A DNA stretch of 63,382 nucleotides, counting the filler, from Stramenopiles sp. TOSAG23-3 (taxonomy: Eukaryota), in NCBI GenBank assembly GCA_900128585.1. It is 23 parts of 23 records of this genome, joined end to end, with 100 filler letters (N's around TTAATTAATTAA, not from the genome) between each part and the next. Parts side by side here need not be neighbours in the genome. Positions count along the whole stretch, not along the records: positions 52,499 to 55,147 come from LT644671.1; positions 55,248 to 57,893 come from LT644672.1; positions 57,994 to 60,638 come from LT644673.1; positions 60,739 to 63,382 come from LT644674.1; 19 more parts are not named here. One strand, written 5' to 3'. Made by a program: the position numbers and the translations under genes. Shown here one piece after another: positions 54,613-63,382 of the stretch. Numbering within the stretch: position 1 is the first letter of the stretch; every line of letters starts with the position of its first letter. The notes beneath the pieces are model-generated. The model had not been told where the DNA came from. It searched no databases and worked only from the letters and a program-made list of their open reading frames with translations.

Positions 54613-55042
54613 GACAATCCGGGTCATCGGGCGCCGGCTCTTGGCCATCGTGCTCTTCAAACCAACCCTTGGCAACCTTGATATCATATTCTAAGTTGAG
54701 CATTTCAATTTCATCGCCCCCCGTGTCCCGTAAATATTGCAACCGTTCTTCGTTCTCTTCGAGTAATGATTCGCAGCGGTTGGAGTAAAAAAAAACAAAA
54801 AGCTGGAGAAGAAGCAAATCAAAGGGGACACGGTGTTCTATGGATTCTAAAATTGAGTCTTTGACCGTCGTCCCAAACTGAACATAGCTTAACAACGATT
54901 CGCCATCAAGGACCATTTTAAACAAGTCTATCGCATGTTCGTTCCGGGCCAGACGCCGTGATATTGCTGGAACTGGCTGTCCAACTGCTTTCAAAGCCAT
55001 TATATAATTCTTCCGATACTGTTTATAGTTTGTTTTGTTCAA
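54599..55042 (-). CDS. Hypothetical protein
   Basis: 147-aa ORF convergent with the ankyrin-like ORF. No recognisable motif. Confidence 0.35.
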   Translation of the reverse strand: MNKTNYKQYRKNYIMALKAVGQPVPAISRRLARNEHAIDLFKMVLDGESLLSYVQFGTTVKDSILESIEHRVPFDLLLLQLFVFFYSNRCESLLEENEERLQYLRDTGGDEIEMLNLEYDIKVAKGWFEEHDGQEPAPDDPDCLSGC

Positions 55043-55247
55043 TATCTACAACACTTTGTAGAACAACGTAGTATTTAACATCTATACAGTACTGAATATT
55101 CTACATCAATCAACTCCTATCTATACAGTACTTATATTCTAAATGAANNNNNNNNNNNNNNNNNNNNNNNNNNNNNNNNNNNNNNNNNNNNTTAATTAAT
55201 TAANNNNNNNNNNNNNNNNNNNNNNNNNNNNNNNNNNNNNNNNNNNN

Positions 55248-55410
55248 TTATGAGAAAGTAAGACTATTCACACAGGTATAAGAAATGGGAGAAATACACA
55301 TTTTCTGCCCAATTCCTTTGAAGGGGTACAAAAACAAGTGTAGGAGACTGGGAAAAAAGCACCAGAATGGAATTTTAGAGGGAGATAAGGTGAGCATTGG
55401 GAGCAAAGCA
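55248..55410 (+). repeat. Left arm of 163-bp inverted repeat
   Basis: Reverse complement of 57731-57893, with 5 mismatches counted by eye. Confidence 0.9.
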
Positions 55411-55619
55411 TGAGGGGAAAAGATATAGACATATAGATAAATCCAATACACCAGGTGCTGGGCCGTGGTGCAACGGCTCCTCGTCCAAGAAACTTCTGTC
55501 CACACGGCCATATTCCCTCGCGACGGGGTACGAAGTGGTCCAGCGTTCGAGGAGGACGCGAACGTTTGGGCCGGAGTTGCCCTGGGGGTACAACCGCGTT
55601 AGGAGTAGGGCAGCACGGT

Positions 55620-55919
55620 AACCGTATAACATTGGTACAGTACGACGAGGAAGGGCACGAGCATCCAGTGGAGTACGCGTCCCGGGGACTATCAGATCCA
55701 GAATCTCGTTATGAAGCGCGGGAACTAGAGTGTCTTGCATTGCTGTTCGCGATTCGGAAGTTTCATAGATACCTAAGTCCGAAGTTCACCGTGGTGGTCG
55801 ACCATAAAAATTTGCTGAACCTCCAGTCGTACGTTCGGCATAACCGGAGGCTGATTTGATGGGCCATTGAATTAAGCCAATACGAGATCAACATGAAACA
55901 CAAAAAGGGCAGGCGGTGA
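55620..55919 (+). pseudogene. Ty3/Gypsy RT-RNase H relic
   Basis: LVQ...EHPVEYASRGLSDPESRYEARELECLALLFAIRKFHRYL...VVVDHKNL...RLI*WAIELSQY, with an in-frame TGA at 55857-55859. Confidence 0.88.
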
Positions 55920-56390
55920 CCCAGGTAGTTAATCTACAAGAAGGCCGCGATAGGCAAGGCAGTCAGATAGACCAGTATGTAAGAACGTTAAATGATTTGG
56001 ACTTGGAATAAAGTATCAACTGATCTGCTCGTCCAGGTCTATATTTATCCAACTACAATATTTTTAATTTTTATTGTAAAGTAAAGTTCCTTTACATTTC
56101 GTGACAGTTAGATCAGTACAATTAATTTATTAAAAAAAAAAAACCGAAATGCACAAAGTCGTAACCTGCCCCCCCACCGGCCCCCCTCGCTCCCATTCCG
56201 GGGCCACGCCGGTGTTGGGGTCGCATCAGCCACCGTTGGCTGATGCGTTCCACCCCACCCCCTCCCCCCGTTCCGCCGCCGACGACCTGCTAGGAATGTA
56301 CTGACGATACCATTGTTGTTTCTTTTTCAATCGTACCCATGAAGAAGCGTAGATGGCGAGAATGCGAGGTCTCAGGGGTGGATGGTGTAC

Positions 56391-57698
56391 TTACACGTTT
56401 CCAGGTGAAGGCTGGCAGCGCGGAGCCAATGTTGCACCAGATCCTAGAAGCCACGGGGTTATCCAGTCAATCCCTGGCAAGCCAGCCGCGTCTCCCAGCG
56501 ATTCTTTGAGTATCCGCTCTGCGGAAAAATCGCGTTTATTTTTCGGATATCTCATGACATGTTTAATTATGAGGTACGCGATCTTTGGAGCTAACATACT
56601 ACTCAGAGGCGTATCCTCCATTTCGTTCTCTTCGATCATCTGATGTAAGTGTGGCGGTACGAGCGCTTCGTCTTCTTCGTCTTTGAGGTACGACGATGTC
56701 GATACGGTAGCCCGTAAGATTTCTTTCTCCCATAGATCACGGTTACGTTTCAAACGCTTTCCGTTATGATCAACGATCTGTTGTACGCAATAGTCCAAAA
56801 CAAGAGTGCATACGTGCACGTCGTACGTGTACTCTTTATTTCCGAACCACACGTCGCGTATAAACTCTGCGCGCGTCTCTCCTGACGTGTTCACGAGCAC
56901 TTTGCACCTCGCTGCAATAACATTTTCGTCGTTTGACGGGTACGCAGGGTCCACCAGGGAAATGTCCTGAAGAAGCCCCATACTACCAAAATACATTTCC
57001 GAGATTTGTGCCGTTGTAGTTATCGTCCAATTTAATAACGTGTACTTCGATACACGACCTTCTTCGACGTCTACGCCTCCCCGGGGACGTTGGGTGGAAT
57101 AGCTCTCGAACTCCCTCCATGATAATCTCTTAGAAAAAATATGTTTCAGCATGAAATACTTCGAAGCATTGTGAAAACCCAAAATCTCAACGATACGTTG
57201 GTCGACGTGTTCCGATGGAAATATAGACAACGTATAGTTATACGGCTGCTTCAAATAGAAATATTCCAGCAGTACAGGCTGCAAAACGTGTTTCTGTTCC
57301 TGTCGATGCCAAAATTGGTCCGGTTACATCAATGTTGTGTGGGCTGGTAAAAATTTTTTGCGTAAGGCCTTGTGTTATGTGCCAAACGGGCAACACATGA
57401 ACAATTCTACTGACAGCCCCGGCTTCAGCAGGATCATTTGCCATTTTTGCACCATTCATGATACCCTCGTAGTCTGTTGTAGAAAACATTATCGGAACCT
57501 GTGTAGTTGCATTTTCCACATGTTCAAGCCGTCCGCCGTTTTGAGGGACGAACGGACCCCATCGTCGGTTATCAAAAAAGAGCAATCCACCACCCCGGTC
57601 TCCCCTTCCTCGGGAAAGTGCTCCGATGCAAGCAACCAGAGCTGGGCCTCGTCCACGTCTGGGTAAAACCAGAACTCGGTAGCAGAGTGCGTCCCCAT
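56391..57698 (-). pseudogene. Orphan coding region broken into three overlapping ORFs
   Basis: ORFs 57489-57698, 57238-57585 and 56391-57284 overlap in series, consistent with frameshifts. No family recognised. Confidence 0.4.
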
Positions 57699-57730
57699 GA
57701 AGAGGTCGATCAGCTCTTCTTTTCTACTCC

Positions 57731-57893
57731 TGCTTTGCTCTCAATGCTCACCTTTTCTCCCTCTAAAATTCCATTCTTGTGCTTTTTTCCCAGTCTCCTA
57801 CACTTGCTTTTGTTCCCCTTCAAAGGAATTGGGCAGAAAATGTGTATTTCTCCCATTTCTTATACCTGTGTGAATAGTCTTACTTTCTCATAA
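57731..57893 (-). repeat. Right arm of 163-bp inverted repeat
   Basis: See left arm. Confidence 0.9.
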
Positions 57894-57993
57894 NNNNNNN
57901 NNNNNNNNNNNNNNNNNNNNNNNNNNNNNNNNNNNNNTTAATTAATTAANNNNNNNNNNNNNNNNNNNNNNNNNNNNNNNNNNNNNNNNNNNN

Positions 57994-58287
57994 CAGGCCA
58001 ATATAGATCCAGCATTTACCTGCTTAGTGTGGGAAAAACTTTTGGACCAAAACCGTGACTTTTTCTATCTTTACGGGATCAAGTTGCGTTTGAAGGACCA
58101 GGTCGTTGCGTTTAATTACTTGGTCGATCAGCACGTGCAGTTGCTTAAAACAGGTTTGTCAGGGGGCATTCCCCCACGCACGCTTCTTGCCAACGAAAGC
58201 AGTAGGGCTGGTACGAGCTCCTCGGCTCTAGCCGCAGCGACTACTAGTGGACAAGGTGGGAATGACACGGACAAATTTTTTGCGTAG
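57994..58287 (+). CDS. C-terminal fragment of an unknown protein
   Basis: Open frame near the contig edge ending ...DTDKFFA*. Confidence 0.4.
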   Translation, partial: QANIDPAFTCLVWEKLLDQNRDFFYLYGIKLRLKDQVVAFNYLVDQHVQLLKTGLSGGIPPRTLLANESSRAGTSSSALAAATTSGQGGNDTDKFFA

Positions 58288-58654
58288 ATAGGTTTTAGAA
58301 GAGTGAGGAGCGGTATTAAGTTTTTCCTAAAACGAATTGCTAAACCACCGTATCGGGAGGAAAGTAAACCTTTAATGGAGAGAAGGCGCAGATTCACATT
58401 CGCGGTACATGAAGAAGATCATTTTTAATTATTTGTACAAGTAACAGAGCCATTATTTTGTTTTATGTAACATAAGGTTGCATACTATATATAATTTGTT
58501 TTTTTAAGGTAAGACACCACCTGATCGTACGTTATCATGGTTTGACTTGACATTACAGGTGTCATACAATGACGCTCAATCTTTTATGATATTGATATCA
58601 CAATTCAGTTAAACATATTTTACACTCGTAAAATTTCCACACCGAATCCTAGAA

Positions 58655-60638
58655 TTAAGCAGCACCATGCAACTTGTACACTCTGGAGGGGTCACTCAGG
58701 TCGCGGAGTTTCTCCCTTTCCTCCTCGTCGATCCATCGCTGAGAAAGCATAGACGACGCCGGCCATGGGCGGCGGCCAATCTCTTCGATCGAGCAACCTA
58801 ACTCGCGGGCCATGATGGCCGCGACCCTAGACTCACAATCGTAATTGTTTGGGTCGCCTTGGCAGTGTCCCATACCCGCCCGCGTGCGCTTGCGCATCGC
58901 TTGGGTAGAATCCACTGGAAGGGATCGGCGACAGGCTTCAATAATCTCTGCCTCGGTCACACGCTCACACTTGCAGATGACATTTTTCTTTGGGTCCTTT
59001 TCTTTGAACCAGTCCGACTTGGACATTTTCAGTCCTCTAAACCCGTCTTTCGGGGTGATGATGGGGGCACGGTTCGGGTTGAAGTCAGGGTCGCGTTCGT
59101 TGACATTTGCCCCGGCTTCGGACAGCATGCGCACTATGTCGGCAGCAATGGCGGGCGATGCCGCAATTCCTGGCGAATCTATGCTGGCCGCGTTGATAAA
59201 GTTCGGAACGCCATCCACAGGGCCGATGACCCAGTCGTTCGTAGTGTTCTTAGCACGCGCCCCGCTGAAGGTGTGGATCACCATGCCCGGGTCGAACGAT
59301 GGGACTAAATTTCGACACTTCGAAAGAATGTAGTCCATAATATTATCATACGGCTCGTCGCGAACGTCCGTATCGACTTCGTACTTCCCAGTCGATTTGT
59401 TTTTCTTCAACGTGTCCCTTGCAGTTGGGCCCAAAATAAGATTTCTGTTGGAGCAAATAGCGAAACAAATGATGTTAGTTGTGAGTTGCAGCGGGGTGGG
59501 CCGTCGTGGCAAGAGGGCGGTGGAGGGGGAAGGCAGAGAGAGAGAAAGTTGTAAACGTACCCCCATAGAGTATTTTGCACCAAGACGCCTTTCCCGTAGA
59601 ACGGGTGAGGGGTTGGAAAGAGCGTGTGCTGGCACTTGTACCCTTCGTCCTTGTGCAACAATATGTACTCGCCGTACCGTGGCTTGACTTGAAACGTGTT
59701 GTCTCCCACCATCTTTGCAATGTCGTCAGACTTGCATCCAGCCGCATTGACAATGTAGTCGGCCCGGACAGTCTCGGTCTCAGCCAGTCCGCTTAGGTCG
59801 GTGCCTTTGCTGGGTGTGTAGTTCCAGCCTTCGCTCGCCGACGACCCTCGCAAAACCAACTTGTCCAGAACGGCCAACAACACCATGATGCCCGCCCCAA
59901 GGGCGACCTGAGTCCCTGGGGCCCCAAAGTCTTGGCCAAGAACATCAACGCCGTTCTGTACGATGTACACGGCGACTCCTTTTGAGAGAATTGCGGCGAC
60001 TATGGCAATAAGGCTATAAAATGGGAGCCCTCTGCTCTTTGCAAAAATGCGCTTGGCGGTCGCTTCGGGTTCCCAGTGCTTCACGGCCAGAGTGAACCCT
60101 TTCTTGTCGCCCGTTTCGTCCACTTGAATGTCCACCACCTCGCGTCTGATGCGAATCTCGACGCCGTTGTCCACCGCATTCTCCGCAAGGGCAATGGCGT
60201 ACTCGTACGGGGTGATCGTCCCCGCATCCGGAGAGTACAAAGCAGCAGTGGCGTCAGGGTGTATATACGGTTCTTTCTCTAGCAATTCTTCCTTGGAAAT
60301 GATCCTGCAATTTTCAACCCCATTCTTGTCTGCCCGTTCCATCAACTCTTCCAAGATGGCCTCGTCCTCGGCCCCTTTCGCAACGACGAGACTCCCGTTC
60401 CTTTGGAAACCAAAGTGTAATTCTGCGTCGAGTTGCGGGAACAACTGGTTCCCTGGCCAACAATACCTTGCCTTGACAGTCCCGGGTTTGTCGTCGTAGC
60501 CTGCGTGCACTATCCCAGAGTTTCCTTTCGTGGCCCCTTGGGTTACGTCGTCTGCAGCCTCCAGCAAAATAACCGAAGCGTTTGTCTTTGACAATTCCCT
60601 GGCAATGGCAGAACCGATACAGCCAGCGCCAATAATAG
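58655..60638 (-). CDS. FAD-dependent oxidoreductase (GlpA/L2HGDH-like) with C-terminal BFD-like [2Fe-2S] domain; two exons, 5'-truncated
   Basis: IIGAGCIG, GATKGNSGIVHAGYDD, VNAAG, KGVLV..TLWG|NLILGPTA, SPGIAASPAIA, ICKCERVTEAEI...KRTRAGMGHCQG...C. Confidence 0.9.
59445..59560 (-). other. Spliceosomal intron (116 nt)
   Basis: GTACGT donor, CTAAC branch point (59474-59478) and CAG acceptor. Removal restores W-G-N-L-I-L-G-P-T. Confidence 0.92.
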
Positions 60639-60738
60639 NNNNNNNNNNNNNNNNNNNNNNNNNNNNNNNNNNNNNNNNNNNNTTAATTAATTAANNNNNN
60701 NNNNNNNNNNNNNNNNNNNNNNNNNNNNNNNNNNNNNN

Positions 60739-61750
60739 AGGGGCGGGTAAAACTGGACGCGGGTCTTTCTGATGGATCGCAAGGCGGCGATATCTATGTC
60801 GCCAGCGCCCCTGGACAAAAGTCAGCGGGTCACCTTCGTCTCTGGGCAGCTTTTAGTCGCTGTCGGGGCTCTGGCGGCAATGTGCAGCTCCGCGGGGGAA
60901 ACAGCGCATCCTTTGCTGGTGGCTTACTTCGGACAATTGCCGGCTGCTCCGCTGAACTCAATGTTGTCACAAATCAAAGCAGAGACTCGGGCTCAGTGAA
61001 AATTGAGACCGGGAATGTCCCATTTGGAGAAGCTGGGCACATTGGCATTGTGTCTGGACGCGAATGCTGTCGGGGGGGGGGCGATTGTGGCCTCGGCAGG
61101 AAGCGGGCCCGGGAGGAGTTGGCGCGGTGGATCTGCAGATGTTCATGCAGGAAAAAGCTGTTTGTCTGGTGGTGGCGAAATTTACGTCAGGGGAGGTGCA
61201 GGTAGCATATCCGAGGGTGGCGGCGTGTGCTTCGGAGCAGATTCGAGTACAGCCAGTACCACAGGTGGCCAGGTGCATTTCAAGAGTGGCGGCTCGGAGA
61301 TCCATCCCGGAATTGAGAAAAGTGGGCGGGTGTTGGTGGCCAGTGGACTATCTGAGACTTCCGGCCATGTGAGCTTGCAGACAAAACCAAGTCTGTCGCA
61401 AGGAGGCGGCAACTTTCAAATGGCATTGCGTGTTGGGCAGTCAAGTGGCGGCACAACTAGTCTATGGGCAGCTGTTGTTGGGGGAGCGATGAGGATTCAT
61501 GGCAAAGGTGAGGTCTGTGCACACGGTGGAACTGGCGAATTTGGCGGGGACGTGTCCTTGAATGGAGGGGCCTCGGAATTTGTCCCTGGGGTAATATTGC
61601 TGGAGAGTGGAGGCGCGTCCGCGGGCAACGCCGGTGCGGGCGGCTCGATTGGCATGAAGGCCGGCAATGCTCGTGAGGGTGGCATGCTAATACTCGAGTC
61701 AGGTCACAGCATAAACGGAATCGGTGGTAACATAAAGTTGCTTGGGATTG
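60739..61750 (+). CDS. Gly/Ser/Ala-rich repeat protein fragment (frameshift at G10 run 61072-61081)
   Basis: Repeating GGxVxLxxG units in two frames joined at a homopolymer. Confidence 0.6.
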
Positions 61751-63382
61751 GTCGCTCCAGATCTTCCAGCATTTGACGATCGCACACAAGCAGCGCCGCT
61801 GCTTGCTGTGCTACCTGTCTCGGTCGAAAATGTGAAATGACCCCCCGTGTGCGACACGCCTCTCCCCGCTGCCAAAGAGATGGCACTGCCTGTTCCAGAG
61901 GTCCCGCTACCAGATGATATCACTACATGTCCGCCGTGCCCGGCTGTCGTAGAACCTGAACCAAATAGTGCACTCCCAGCGTTACCAGCGATTGCACCGT
62001 GCGAGCTAAAGATGAGACGACCAGCCGCTGATTTTGAGCTCCCAGCGTTGCTGCTATGTACAGCGACCGTGCCCGCAGAAGTCGCCGCGCCTTCTCCTGC
62101 AGTCATTACCACGAAGCCTCCGGTTAACACACTACTGCGGCCACTGTGTAGGGCGCCAAGACCACCAGCCCCGCTGCCGCTGCTCCCTACAGCCAAGGTC
62201 ACGGCACCGCTTCTCCCGCCACTCGCTGAGCCCGTTCCAACGCGCATCATGCCGCTATTTCCGACTGAGGTCGATCCGGAGCTGAAGAGAAGACTACCCA
62301 CCGAACCAAAGACGCCGCCATTTGATGTGCGCAACGCAACCGCCCCCGAGCTTGTCGCAGCAACGCAGCCAGAAAACACAGTAAGTGCGCCGCCTGTCCT
62401 CTTCGCTGGTGCCACCGACCGACCCGCCGCTATTACGATCGTCCTCTTTGTACCACTCGAGCCCCTACCCGTGATAAAGGATATTGAACCTCCACTACCA
62501 GCAGTTGCGTCTCCAGACCCGAGGCAAAGTTTCCCAGAATTGCATGTTTTGGCCGTTCCAGAGCTGAACGCGAGACAACCACTAGATCCCAAAAAACCAC
62601 CATTTGCCCCTATAATGGTGATAGACCCACTGCTGGAAGCACCGCTCTCGCCGGCTATCAGCGTAGCCTTCCCTCCTTCCCGACAGACCGTGCGACCTGA
62701 CTGACATACGACGAGGCCTCCCATACCACTCAAGCCTGGACCGGAAGTGACAAGTATTGCGCCTCCAGCGCCACCTGTGACCTGACCGGTGCCTAGCGAC
62801 ACGCCCCCGCTGTTGCTGCCATTTGGCAAACCTGTGCTAAAGACCAAATAGCCACTAGCTCCAGACGCCCCAGCATTAGCAGAACAAACTACCATTTTAC
62901 CCGAACTTGTTCCGCCAGAACCACCAGCCAATAAACCAACTAATCCCCCGCTTGAATCACATGTGCGCCCTGCAGCTGCTAAAACAGCGCCAGCGCGCCC
63001 ACTCGTTCCGCCACCAACAGAGGCACGAAGTAATCCGCCTGCTCCTCCTGTCGATCCACCCACGCCAACGCTGATCATACCACTGTTGCCGCTGTATGCA
63101 GTGCCTGCACTGAATTCCAAACGACTGCTGGTACCACCAGCACCAGCATTTACCGATTGTAGAGCAATCGTGCCAGTTGATGCGGAGATGCCAGAAGCTG
63201 CGAGGGCCGCAAGGGAGCCCCCTGTGCGGTAGCCGCTACGTCCAGCTCGTGCAATTAGCTGACCCCCTATGCCGCTATTGCCGCCACCGGCTACGACTAA
63301 TATCGAACCACCGCAACCGCCTGTCGCCGCAGCAGACCCTAATCTCAATGCGCCAGCATTGCCATCGTCGCTGCTACCACTA
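61750..63382 (-). CDS. Gly/Ser/Ala-rich ~60-aa repeat protein fragment
   Basis: Periodic units SGxLxFSSGxxxxGNSGxxxLGSGxAxxGxGG and SxNAG. Open to the window end. Confidence 0.7.

Noticed and set aside
55857-55859. Stop-codon reassignment or readthrough (TGA here, TAG at 32155)
   Set aside because: Both stops lie in decayed mobile elements, and the RLE copy also has frameshifts. Host genes use TAA, TAG and TGA as normal stops.
56300-56350. Hammerhead ribozyme (CTGACGA core)
   Set aside because: I could not find a correctly placed GAAA or the supporting stems.
2685-60738. Regularly spaced TTAATTAATTAA palindromes flanked by Ns as a biological repeat array
   Set aside because: They are identical synthetic six-frame-stop linkers. 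The regular spacing only reflects size-sorted contigs.
1-63382. Operon or gene-cluster interpretation across the window
   Set aside because: The contigs are unlinked and ordered by length. Only within-contig adjacency is informative.

Overview
This window is not one genomic locus. It is 23 short contigs of steadily decreasing length (2684 to 2644 bp), joined by 22 artificial 100-bp linkers (N44-TTAATTAATTAA-N44), so gene neighbourhood across linkers means nothing. The source is a microbial eukaryote, probably SAR/stramenopile-like. Evidence: a GT-AG intron with a CTAAC branch point, an axonemal dynein, a Rheb with 4 TM segments, mitochondrial-type HslU, and GC-richer genes in very AT-rich spacers. 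Several inverted or tail-to-tail gene junctions suggest single-cell MDA chimeras. Host genes include AIFM2-like oxidoreductase, ankyrin, XK-family, Rheb-TM, DnaJ/zf-PARP/BRCT, sedolisin, HslU, DRAM/Sfk1, SF1, YecM, calcyphosin, enoyl-CoA hydratase, NDR kinase, SUMF1, LysM protein, DPH6, kynurenine aminotransferase, PKA-R and a GlpA-like flavoprotein. Three mobile-element signals stand out. (1) A divergent CRE-like non-LTR retrotransposon (CCHC knuckle plus restriction-like endonuclease plus long acidic tail). Its ~25-nt 3' terminus AATAACAGCCAATTTTCTTGTTTT is shared by three different 3'-UTR subfamilies and recurs about a dozen times across unrelated contigs. (2) A compact, RT-less Copia derivative with a half-tRNAiMet PBS, apparent TA...TA LTR termini and an inverted RNase H piece. 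(3) A contig bounded by 163-bp diverged inverted repeats carrying a Gypsy RNase H relic and an orphan ORF. All family assignments are by-eye motif recognition, not database results.
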